Shown one piece after another: positions 51,201 to 61,430 of a stretch of 64,000 nt of DNA. A program made the translations under genes and the position numbers. The DNA lies in assembly GCA_010093605.1 (NCBI GenBank), contig MU004185.1, positions 207,334-271,333 of the forward strand, in the 5' to 3' direction. The notes beneath the pieces are model-generated. The model was not told the DNA's origin. It searched no databases and saw nothing but the letters and a program-made list of their open reading frames with translations. The stretch comes from Lophium mytilinum (lineage: Eukaryota). Numbering within the stretch: the first letter of the stretch is position 1; each line of letters begins with the position of its first letter.

Positions 51201-52390
51201 GGGTGGAGGAGCAAACCGTGAGGAGTGGAAGTTCCGATGGTGGGAGAAACATTAGCATTCGTGATCTTCATCGTTTTGAGGAGATGATTGTGAAAGGGAC
51301 CTGGGGAGATAGATGGGAGGGCAGACTTGGGGATGGAGATAACGAGCAGCGATTGAGAGAAATGATGGTGAGCGAGGAGATTAAGATGACTAGAGCCCCT
51401 CTAATTCATGAATTGGCCGTTGGCGACATGTTGATGGCAGAGCGCAGCGCCCACCAAGACTCACCCATTGCCGAGTGGTAGCAGTGTTTTTCCTCCCTCT
51501 GACACGTAATGTTGTTGACCCAATCCTATTTGTGAAGAACTCCGTCCCCAGCGGAAGAAGATTTATAGGCGAAAGCATCAGGGAGCACGTGATTTACACG
51601 TGACTCTTTCTACCTTCCTCACTCCAAACTGCCACGACCTACCACGCGACCACGTGGCAGCAATGGATCCTCTTCTTGTATTTTCGCATGCTCATGACGC
51701 TGTCAAAAAACCTTGCCTGAAGGCCCACTGACCACAGAATCCTCCACCCCCGTGACTCCACCCAAGGCTTCAAAATTAGCCCACCTCAGCTGTCACCCCG
51801 TGGGATCCCGCCGGCCTCATCACTAGCGCAAAGACAAGCCGGCCAAGCACTCTCCCACGCCCACGCGAATCAAACTACGCGACGTTATCAGGCGAGGAAA
51901 AAGCAGCATCCGCCATCACCTCACGCCGACGACAAATCCGCGGTCGCGAAGCTAGGTTCGCGCATCCCACGGCGCTCTTGGCCCTGCATCATCCGCCATG
52001 CTAGCATCTTCCGCTCGCAAAAGTTCGCGGGTGACGTGCCCGGTGGCTGGTCTTCGCCAAGGAGCCGCTGGGAGATGACTGAGACGCGTTGGGCTGGAAC
52101 TGCTTTCGCAAGAACCCAGGCTGGCACTTGGACTTGGGAGGCTTGGAGCAGGGCAGATACTCGCGGGCATCCCACGTTGGTAGGTCGCCGGCCGCGGCCA
52201 CGGTGTGACGGCGCGATTGATGTTGTGGTTGCGTCATGTGGGTGTGGATGAGGATATAAACTTGAAGCCATGCCCCCCCCCCCGCTATGCGCCCTGAATC
52301 TGCCCCGCTAGTTCTATATCAAAGATCGCAGAGATCCTCTTAAGATAGCAACTTTATTACAACCCCGGATTTAAAAGCTTCAATTTCAAT

Positions 52391-53049
52391 ATGCCTGGGG
52401 ATCCTATTGTCTCAACTGGCCGTGGTGGTATGATCTTAACATGGACGTTGATAGGGAGCTTGAAGGCTGATAGCAGATAGGCGCCGGAAACATCGGGCAT
52501 GATGAGACGCCGTGAGTACTCCATTCCGCATGCTCTACCAGATTCAGCTTCGACTTCTAGCAAAGAACAAATCCTGACAACACATAGATACGCTGATGCC
52601 GGCATCGTCCGTGAGGGGCCAGTTGGCGAATCTACCGACGGAGCCACCTTCTCCACCGGCGTATGTGCCTCTACTATACATCCCCTCAGACGATATACTT
52701 ACGCTGAACACAGCGCGGTGGTGCTGGTAACATCGGCTCGCCATCTCTTGGCCCTCAACGCGGCCGCCGCGGGTCGCAGGACGTGATTCCAGAGCAAGCG
52801 CTCCGTGAGGGACAAGCAGACTTCCACACTGGGGTATGCATGCAACACTTTTCTGGCCGGTAACAAGGAAAAGGCTGACTCCAATCACAGCGCGGTGGCG
52901 CTGGCAACGAGCACCGCGACAAATACGGCGGCCACAGCAAGAGCCCATCGCGTGAGCGTCTGGGCGACAAGGTCAAGCACCTGCTGCACAAGGACCATAA
53001 GGACCACAAGCAGGAGTCGCCTCTGCAGAAGTCGGAGGCTGCTGAGTAG
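52391..53049 (+). CDS. Small DUF3602-type protein with three GRGGAGN repeats (5 exons)
   Basis: Spliced: MPGDPIVSTGRG|GAGNIGHDETP|YADAGIVREGPVGESTDGATFSTG|RGGAGNIGSPSLGP...DFHTG|RGGAGNEHRDKYGGH...KSEAAE*. Confidence 0.85.
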
Positions 53050-53378
53050 ACGTCCGTGTTGGACGCTGGGATAGATAAATACAGGGAGGAAGGAAAGGGG
53101 TTTTGGGCGTCACGTCATGATGATACCACATCGACTGGTGCGGAAGACATTTCAGTCGAGGATGCTTTTTTGGATTGGTTTTAAATAGTGTTGTTTAGAC
53201 TATGAAGCTTTTTGGAAGTTGAGGAAATGTGGTGTCATTGCTCCCCTGTTGATGCGTGACCCTACAGAGTTGGTTTGTGGGGGCAACGGGAATGCCTTAT
53301 CGATAAGACATTGCGTTATTTGCATCTTTTTCTTGACCTTCAACTCTGCATCTACTCATTCGTTATTCGTACTACATC

Positions 53379-54561
53379 ATGGCATCGGACGAAGCTAATT
53401 CGAAGGCTGTGGATGATGCCGAACAGCTTGTACAGTCGGAAGACCCGCAGCATCCATCGAACCTGATCTGTGAGCTTTGCCGGAAGTTTTATGCTCTAGG
53501 CTGGGTATGTATATGTTTTCAAATATGCATGTGAGCTCATCTCTATGCGAAGAATTACTAGGCATGGGATGGGACATTTGCTAACGGGATGAGCTCAGGT
53601 TACTGGAACTGGTGGTGGAACCAGCATCCGGCAACATGACCACATCTTCCTCGCCCCATCAGGCGTGCAGAAGGAGCTGATGAAGCCAAGCGACATATTT
53701 GTGATGGATTTCAACACGAAAGAATATCTGAGGAAGCCTAGCGTATGCATTTCTACTTCATTAATCTCACCGTGACTCTGTTCCTCCAAATTCGGTCTCC
53801 TTCGACTTGTTTTATCGTTCGTGTTTCTCTTTTCACTCGAATCATGCCCAAACATCGTCTCTCCGAAAGTCTTCTAACTGTGCTTTCTTTCCAACAGGTT
53901 CTCAAGCCCTCAGCTTGCACACCACTCTTCCTTGCCGCTTTCACACGCGGCGCCGGCTGCTGCATTCACACGCACTCCCAATGGGCGGTTCTCGTCACCC
54001 TACTCGTAGAGCGCGACTTCGGCCAATCGGCGTGCTTCGAGATCGAGGAGATTGAGCAAATCAAGGGAATTGGCAAGGGGAGGGGTAAGGTCGGAAACCT
54101 AGGGTATCATGACCGACTAAGGATTCCCATCATTGAGAACACGGCTTTGTAAGTTCTCCGCTTTGCTTCCGGAGGGCCTGAAGTCTTCCGCAGCAATGTG
54201 GGGCTATTCTGATGCGTGGGAATACAGCGAGGAAGATCTCACCGAAAGCTTGGAGGTTGCGACGGAAAAGTATCCGGATACGTATGCTATCCTGGTCAGG
54301 CGGCATGGCATGTACGTTCCCCTTGTGATCTTTTCAGTACCTCCTTTTTGGTTCACAGATTGACGTTTTCAGATATGTATGGGGCGACAACGTGCATAAG
54401 GCGAAGACGCAGTGCGAGAGGTAAGCTATCACCCTAGAGTTTGAGGAAAGATCAGGAGCTAATCTAATTATAGCTTGGACTACATATTCCAGCTTGCAGT
54501 TGAGATGAAGAAGCTAGGATTGCCGTGGACAACCAGAGCGTCAGAAATCAGCGATATTTAA
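53379..54561 (+). CDS. MDE1: Methylthioribulose-1-phosphate dehydratase (methionine salvage); multi-exon
   Basis: [74 protein letters not shown]. Confidence 0.95.
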
Positions 54562-55036
54562 GAGTCTTGCAAAGAAGCTGGATTAAAACAAATGTAATTG
54601 CTGAAATTTTTGCTCTATGACCTCTTTGATGATTAGGGATACATCACTCTTGTGTTACTATTGTAAAGTAGCTTGGGCAAAGTCTTTGCGAGATGATGGA
54701 TGATGACACAAGAAAGCGCGCATAAGGCTACTGCGGATTTTCAATCACGCTAGCTAATATGGCAGCAATAGTCAACTTCAACCTCCTTCGGTCCCCTCCT
54801 CCTCCTCATGATCATATTAGCCTTCATGATTCGTGTGTACCGTGACCTCCATGAATCTTCATCTATAGACTCGACATGTATCTCTGGTAGGCTGCCGTAG
54901 TAGCCAGCTTTGAAGTATCTCGCGAGTTCGATCGCTTCAGCTGGCCCCTAGGCAGCCTTCAGCTTGTTAAATATCTCTTTACTTGCAATACATCAACCCC
55001 TGAGCCACATTCAGCACTCTTCGATTTGCCCTGAGA

Positions 55037-55630
55037 ATGCCGCCCTCCGTCCACCCACCCCTCGAACTATCATTCCGGTTCTTCGACCTCCCAGCCGAAC
55101 TCCGCGCCGAAATCTACAACTACGTTTTACAAAACGACACGTTTAGCGTCAAGTATGGCCCTTCAAGGTTCTCCAGACATCGCCTCCGCTCGCATCTATG
55201 CCGGCCCGGTACCGCCGGCGGTTTCTTCCTCCCCCACCCCCTAGCCCTGATAGACATAAACCAGCAAGCCCGCCTCGAACTCGCGCCGCTCGTCTTCTCC
55301 AGCAAAGTCCAGATCAGATTGCAGAGCCACACCGGACTCCTCAATCTGACGCGCAACTTTGGCGCTCTAGCCTTAGAGCGCATCACTTTCCTGCGCATGA
55401 ACATGTATCTCCCGGAATTTGCGGGTGGCATGACGAAGAAACCTTCGTTGCGGGAATTGTTCTGTAAGTTTACTGGCCTCAAGCTCTTGGAGTTGAGGGT
55501 TTATCTAGCTGCGTATGACGCGGATCCTGTGGATGGGGTTGAGGATTGCGAGTTTACTAGGGCGCTGGGGGTGAGGGAGCTGCGGGCGGCTTGGGTGGAA
55601 GTTGATCTGAAATGCGTTGTACGCGGCTGA
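55037..55630 (+). CDS. F-box-like orphan family member 1
   Basis: FRFFDLPAELRAEIYNYVL...FFLPHPLALIDINQQARLELAPLVFS; paralogous to 60547..61386 and 62064..62819. Confidence 0.7.
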   Translation: MPPSVHPPLELSFRFFDLPAELRAEIYNYVLQNDTFSVKYGPSRFSRHRLRSHLCRPGTAGGFFLPHPLALIDINQQARLELAPLVFSSKVQIRLQSHTGLLNLTRNFGALALERITFLRMNMYLPEFAGGMTKKPSLRELFCKFTGLKLLELRVYLAAYDADPVDGVEDCEFTRALGVRELRAAWVEVDLKCVVRG

Positions 55631-55769
55631 TACTTGGATTATGGAGTGGGACCATAAACTCCGGGACTTTTCCACTCTGGAGTGATGATCGAGCTATGAG
55701 ATGATGTATACTGGAAGTAGCCACCGTCAACGCATTGCTCACTTGCATGTCCTGAATGTTGCTGCGGTA

Positions 55770-56807
55770 CTAGAGCTCACACACAACCGCTTCGTTCTGT
55801 AGCTCGTTGTTCGGCCCTCCCACCACTGCGGCGTTCACGAATGTCGTTACGCGCTCAGCTCTCAGCAACGCATCCCTACCACTGACAGCGGCGCGAAGCC
55901 TCGCAAAGACCATGCCAACCGCCACAAAACCCAGCGATACCCACCCAGCCCATTGGTTCGTGATCTCTTCCCAACGCCGCTGAGCCCCATCAAGCACGAC
56001 ATCTTCCCGTCCGTAAGCTACATGGATATGCCCGAAGACAACGAGCCGCGGTCTTACACCTGCTATCTCCTGAGCCAGGAATGGGCAACCCGCACGATGG
56101 AAATCCCTTCTATCCAAGTGCAGGCGTGGAGGCCCGTGGGTGATGAGGATGTCTGTATCTGAAGGTATTTTGTCGGACCAGACGTCTTTTTCGCGTGGAT
56201 ACTGGAATGCTGAGATGCCGTACTGTGGCGTCCATGGGCTGCCATAGATTCGTAAAGTGCGTTCCGAGGGGCCAGATGCATTTTGGGAGTCGAGGGGGAA
56301 TTTGAGTTCTATTGAGGAGTCTTGGAGGTAGTGCACATCGCTCCAATCGAGATCGGCCGCAGTCTTGCTTTGGCCATAACGTCGCTTGGGATTCTCCGTG
56401 AGGAACTTCCCGTCTAGGAGGACGTCATGGTTTCCCGCGATGAGGATTTTGTGGTCGTGCGGCTGTTCGGAGAGCCACGTGATCTGGGATTGCACTTCGT
56501 CGAAGCTTCCATTTTCCGTCAAGTCGCCGGCATGGATGAGGATATCTCCTGGGGGAAGATCTGGCTGCGTGTTGTGTGTATCGGATATGCACACAACTCG
56601 AATTACGGGTAATGAAGACTCCAAGGGAGGTCTTGGGGTTTGATGAAGAGGATGGAGTTTGAGCAGTGATGTAGCGAGGCCAGCAAGTCGCTGTCCCGGA
56701 AGCTTGATGGTTCGCACAGAAGTGGGATTTGAGGAGCTCATAGATACTGCGCAGCCAAGGAGAATAGCATAATGTTCGGAAGGAGCTGGAGGTGTTGTTG
56801 GATACAC
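55770..56807 (-). CDS. Calcineurin-like metallophosphoesterase (MPPED/239FB type); the start may be the downstream Met (MSSSNPTS)
   Basis: VCISDTHN, HAGDLT, IAGNHD, ITHGPP, FGHIH, FVNAA. Confidence 0.92.
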   Translation of the reverse strand: MYPTTPPAPSEHYAILLGCAVSMSSSNPTSVRTIKLPGQRLAGLATSLLKLHPLHQTPRPPLESSLPVIRVVCISDTHNTQPDLPPGDILIHAGDLTENGSFDEVQSQITWLSEQPHDHKILIAGNHDVLLDGKFLTENPKRRYGQSKTAADLDWSDVHYLQDSSIELKFPLDSQNASGPSERTLRIYGSPWTPQYGISAFQYPREKDVWSDKIPSDTDILITHGPPRLHLDRRDFHRAGCPFLAQEIAGVRPRLVVFGHIHVAYGREDVVLDGAQRRWEEITNQWAGWVSLGFVAVGMVFARLRAAVSGRDALLRAERVTTFVNAAVVGGPNNELQNEAVVCEL

Positions 56808-57068
56808 ATGTTCTTTCAGCCTCCACCCGCATGGAGGTGGCGCGGGTTTGAGAGGTGAAGGGGGACGTCGGCGCTTCGCTGTCCAGGGTCCCGATTCTTC
56901 ACCAAGGCTTGGCAGCGCTTATTTTCCTACCTAGACCTTCTACCAAATCAGTACAATCTATTAACCACTCCAACCTTATACTTCTACGCCGCACTATAAT
57001 CCGACTTCCTCGCCATGTCTAAAAATACGCATCGCGGCGTTGATACTCTGATCTCGAGCAGATTCATG

Positions 57069-57695
57069 CGGGCGGTCTCCGGGCAGGCCCCTCGAAAAGG
57101 CCCCTTCGTCACGTGCTCACATAAGCGAATTTTGTGAACATCATAAAACTCACGGGCCTACACTTAACACCTAAAAATTAATAGCTCTATTAATATCAAG
57201 CTACTCTATCTATCGCATTGCAGCCTTAGATCATTATTTTTACAAGTGCGCTTTGTGCCTAGGGCTAGGCCTAGGAGGTAGTAGGATCCTTACTAAGACG
57301 CTGATATTAATAATAACACATTCCTTAGTAATAGAGATGACGGGGCCATTACGCACAGCACGCTGGAAGGGGATCTGCACAAGATTTTATAGCAGATCCC
57401 GCCTATTCTACCTGCTCCGCGTACAAAGGATATCGGGAAACCACCCGTGGTGTAGATTTGAGGCGCCCGGCATTATCCTAAGTTGTACGTCGGCTTAGTG
57501 TTAATCTGTGGAACAGAGTCCTTCTCCTCTTATCCTACGCCTCTTTCTGTACACGAGCGTTGGTAGATTGCTTGGCAGAGATGGAAAATAAAGATAGGAG
57601 AGAGAGGGACGTGTTGATTTTGTGATGTTCATAAAATAAGCTAGCGAGCACGTGACGAAGGGGCCTTTTCGAGGGGCCTGCCCGGAGACTGCCCG
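57069..57695. mobile_element. Non-autonomous Mutator(MULE)-like DNA transposon / MITE family B, 627 bp, ~80-bp TIRs, 9-bp TSD AGATTCATG
   Basis: The first 50 nt, CGGGCGGTCTCCGGGCAGGCCCCTCGAAAAGGCCCCTTCGTCACGTGCTC, match the reverse complement of the right end at 49/50. AGATTCATG occurs at 57060-57068 and 57696-57704. Confidence 0.92.
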
Positions 57696-58347
57696 AGATT
57701 CATGATTTTCAAACACTGATATTCTTGGTTCTACCACACTGTAGATCACAGCACTTTCAGAGAACGTATATAGGAACCGTCCTTGCAGGGCAGCTTTTAT
57801 ATCTAGATACTTGAGGTTTCCTAGCTGAGTGAAACAAAAAAGAACATTGGAAGCGCTATAGACGCGTCATCCAATCCACACCTCTTCGTACGGCGCAGCA
57901 AACTTCTCCTGTTTCGCGAAGCAATCACGCCAGCCAAAACTTGCATAGAAAGACCTGCATCTGAGACATGGTATGCTTCAAGCCGATAAACAAGCGCTTG
58001 CTCAAATGTGCTTATATAGAGCCTGTTGAATCATAGACGAATGTTGGAATCGCGATATTATATCTATGACCGCTTTGTTGCTACCGAATGACAGTTTTCA
58101 CATCTTTGCAATAAATTCTAAAGCGAGCGAAACGTGGAACAACCTTTCTATTCTACTTCCCAGCTTCCCTTATTGGACACGTCACAGAGACTTGCCACTT
58201 CATCTGTTATCACGCTTCCCGGAGAGTCCCGAAGACACTATAAGTACGACAGCAGCTAGATCTTCCCATTCTCCCATCGATTCCGATTCGTAGAGCGGGT
58301 AAACTTTGCAGTCCCTTTAATATCTTCTTCTTCAACACACAGCGACC

Positions 58348-59301
58348 ATGTGCTTTGGAAAGTCCGGGTCTGGAACCGGCGGCCAAGCTCCTCGGACAGC
58401 AGCTCCTCAAACAGCAACAGCCCCTCGAACTGCAGCAGCCCCTCAGCCGATAGCTCCCCGGGGAGCTCCTAAACCTTCGCCGCGCGCAGGGAAGATAGGA
58501 AAGGGCGCTCAACAACCACTACAAATAGGACCCCCAACGGAAGCGACAATTCATATTCCCCGAAATCGACTAGATGCTCACGGAGTTCCGGTCCAGTTAA
58601 CATCTTACGACATCGACAGGCAGTCGTTAGAGAGCGCGTTAAGTTCGATGGCTCAATATTTGAATCAGAAGCGTGTTCATCTGATAGCCGTCACCGTAGG
58701 AGGTGCAGTGAACTGCCTCTACCTCCGTAGTAGGCAAACGACACATGACGTAGACATCTTCGGCTCGAACTTAGACACACCAGCTCGAATTCTGCTAGAT
58801 CAAGCAATGCAGTACGCTATTCAACAGTTCGAAGGACGACTAGGAACAGACTGGTTCAACACGGAAAATCAGATGTGGATGGGACCGAACACCCAAAAGG
58901 AGCTGACGGAACTGGCTATGCGGCAAGGAGCCGTGGTATTCGAGGAACCCGGGTTGAGGCTTCTGGCTGCGCCCTGGGAGTACGCATTTTCCGGAAAGGT
59001 TTAGAGGCTGCTCACTGGAGGTAGTCAGGTCCGATCGTACGACTTGGACGATGCTGTAAGCTATCTGGCGCAGCTAGTTCGCAGGAATGGCGATCGGCCG
59101 ATAGCACTGGGAATTGTTGAACGCTGGTCGAGCCGATTTAGCCATACAACAAGCAGAGACTTCCTAGTCAATAGGGTAGACCAAGAGTATCGAAAGCGCT
59201 TTGGCAAGCCGGGAATCGTACAAGTCGAGGGTAGTAGCCGTGGGGGAAATAATCTTCGTGGCGGGCGCAACACTCGTGGTAGTGGTCGTCTAAGAACGTA
59301 G
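58348..59301 (+). pseudogene. Nucleotidyltransferase-fold protein (DUF7582-like, AbiEii-like motif) with a single in-frame TAG at 59002-59004
   Basis: VTVGGAVNCLYLRSRQTTHDVDIF (GG..DxD), LGTDWFNTE, GLRLLAAPWEYAFSGKV*RLLTGGSQVRSYDLDDAVSYL; ORF 59044..59301 is in the same frame. Confidence 0.8.
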
Positions 59302-59375
59302 TGATTGTTGGTGCAGTGAGACTGGGGAATATTTTACTATGTCGGTATGGCGTTTTCAGGTTGAGACCAGACGTG

Positions 59376-60086
59376 TCATGTAAAATAAATGTGCGGTGTC
59401 CATAATAGAATGTTCATCTTCGAAAAATCGGGATCGGCCCTATCATCGTCTTTGTAGGTCAACGTTTCTCCTTCCTCTGTTGGGATTACTAATGTTGTAG
59501 CTAGAGCAGGGACTTTTTGCGCCCATTCGGGAACTTTCTCGTAGGGACGCTGTTCATGTGGAATATCCTTCGCTTTTTCGGCTTCCTCCATAGACAAAAG
59601 AGGACTAGCGCCACGGGTGAGACCAAGAGCAACCCTAGCATTGAAGGACTTGACGATGAGACAAGTGACGCCAGCTAGAAAGGCATACCGAGCAGGATCA
59701 TCATCTTGAGGGTCTACAATATCGCAGATTTTCCATTGCTCCTGCCTCCAAAGCCATTCCAGCATGTTTCGGTACGCAAATCTCTTATCGAGTACGAAAC
59801 ATTCGTATAGCCGATACAGCGTGTATAGCGAACTGTCTTCGAAAATGCCTTGAGGAGCAGCAAACTTACGTGCGGACACGGCGGACCAGTACTGCTCGGG
59901 ATTATCGAGAATTCTTCTAGGAGAAGGAGGAGGGAACACGGGATAATCTTCTAGAATGGGCTCATATAGTTCTGGCTCAGGCTCTTGCAAAATCCCCGGA
60001 CTACCTGCACTTTGGAAAGACGCAGAACGAGGTGGGCCCTTTCGGGCGCGAAGGAAGCGCTGGAATCTGCGAATAGCCGCCTTCAT
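59376..60086 (-). CDS. Uncharacterised fungal protein, convergent neighbour of the NTase-fold gene
   Basis: Intronless ~236-aa ORF: DSSLYTLYRLYE...W...DIVDPQDDDPARYAFLA...IVKSFNARVALGLTR...EKVPEWAQKVPAL...FSKMNILLWTPHIYFT. Confidence 0.8.
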   Translation of the reverse strand: MKAAIRRFQRFLRARKGPPRSASFQSAGSPGILQEPEPELYEPILEDYPVFPPPSPRRILDNPEQYWSAVSARKFAAPQGIFEDSSLYTLYRLYECFVLDKRFAYRNMLEWLWRQEQWKICDIVDPQDDDPARYAFLAGVTCLIVKSFNARVALGLTRGASPLLSMEEAEKAKDIPHEQRPYEKVPEWAQKVPALATTLVIPTEEGETLTYKDDDRADPDFSKMNILLWTPHIYFT

Positions 60087-60546
60087 CGTGGAAAGACAGT
60101 CAAAGTTTGGAGAGCTGAAAGGGGAGTGTTGCGCTTTTGACGTCCAATACCAGGGCCAGAGCACGAGGGAGTGTTGAGTAGAGAGCGTGAGGTTTGCTGA
60201 CACGATGGCCAAGGGGCACAGCCAAGAGAGCGTGTTTGCTAAACTACTCTATTAGATTGAAAGCCCTAGCGTCGGCAATACCCGGCGCTAAACCCATTCC
60301 TGGCAGCGCTCTGATTGACACTCCTCACTTAAACTCACCCACACCACAAAATTCAGTCCTCGACTCGAGCTCAAGAACCTTCGTGAAAGTTCCTCCAGCC
60401 CACAACAGAACTTCCAGCTTAAGCAAAATAGCCAGAGGAAGTTGCTAAAGACGCCAACGAAGAAGCCGCCGAAGATACCACCGCAGATACCGCTGAAGCA
60501 ACAGCTACTTTAAACCTCTCCAAGCTCCTCTCTTCAAACCAGCAGA

Positions 60547-61386
60547 ATGCAGAGCCAGACTCAAGAGCCTCCGCAGAAGCGCAGGAAACTCGAGCACGAT
60601 GCTGAAGTTTTCCACAATGTCGCTGAGGAAACCGCTGAGAAAGCAGGAGCTGAATCTCTCTCTTTCTTCAGCCTTCCCGGAGAGATACGAAACAAAATCT
60701 ACGACAACATCTTCCAAGATAAAGACTACAAAATTCATCTTCCCCAGTTCGTTCTTGGTTCGAATACACACCGCCATCGCCCTCTCCCTCAGCTCACCAG
60801 TCCGGACGGGATCTTCGTTCCTCATCACGTCCGCGACTACTACGCCCTCTTAGCTGTGAACCGTCAAATGCGCAAGGAAGTCGCCTCGCTCATCTTCAGC
60901 AATCACCTCCACCTCTCTATCGAGACCCCTAGTGGGCTCAAGGACGTTGCGCAAAATGTCGGGAACCTAGGCCTATCGTACATTCGGCATCTGGCTCTCG
61001 ACTGGTACACAAGCGGATACCTATTCTTCAACCTGAAGAAAGAGGCAGGTCTTTCCATATCCTCCTTGCTGCAAAGATTCACTCAGCTGAAGACGGTCGT
61101 CATCTCGGTGGATTGCCAGTTCACGCCACGCTTCACCAAAGCTGCTGCGTTTGTCGAGGACAATGGCTTGCAGGAGCTGCGTGCAGCCGGGATCGAGGTC
61201 TCAATTTTGGGGCGCTGGGATCCCTACCTCATTGAAGGAGAAGGGTGGGGGCAGAGTATGTTCGAAACTTTTACAGAATGGCATGCCGAAGTTTGTGAGA
61301 TTAGGCGTAGGGATCCAGGGTGCCCTCCGCCTCAAGCATCGCAAAAGAAGAGGAAAGCGGAGAGAGCCAATTTATCTTGCGACTAG
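60547..61386 (+). CDS. F-box-like orphan family member 2
   Basis: SFFSLPGEIRNKIYDNIF...IFVPHH..YALLAVNRQMRKEVASLIFS...FVEDNGLQELRAAGIEV. Confidence 0.75.
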   Translation: MQSQTQEPPQKRRKLEHDAEVFHNVAEETAEKAGAESLSFFSLPGEIRNKIYDNIFQDKDYKIHLPQFVLGSNTHRHRPLPQLTSPDGIFVPHHVRDYYALLAVNRQMRKEVASLIFSNHLHLSIETPSGLKDVAQNVGNLGLSYIRHLALDWYTSGYLFFNLKKEAGLSISSLLQRFTQLKTVVISVDCQFTPRFTKAAAFVEDNGLQELRAAGIEVSILGRWDPYLIEGEGWGQSMFETFTEWHAEVCEIRRRDPGCPPPQASQKKRKAERANLSCD

Positions 61387-61398
61387 CGAATGGACGAT

Positions 61399-61430
61399 CA
61401 GACGAGCAGACGAGCAGACGAGCAGACGAG
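61399..61430. repeat. 8-bp tandem repeat CAGACGAG x4
   Basis: cagacgag cagacgag cagacgag cagacgag, just 3' of the 61386 stop. Confidence 0.85.

Noticed and set aside
48441..52271. Numerous 60-125 aa ORFs in the long intergenic region
   Set aside because: They overlap on both strands and show no domain motifs or coherent splice structure.
601..59004. Genome-wide reassignment of TAG to a sense codon
   Set aside because: Conserved genes contain no internal TAG, and several intact genes terminate at TAG.
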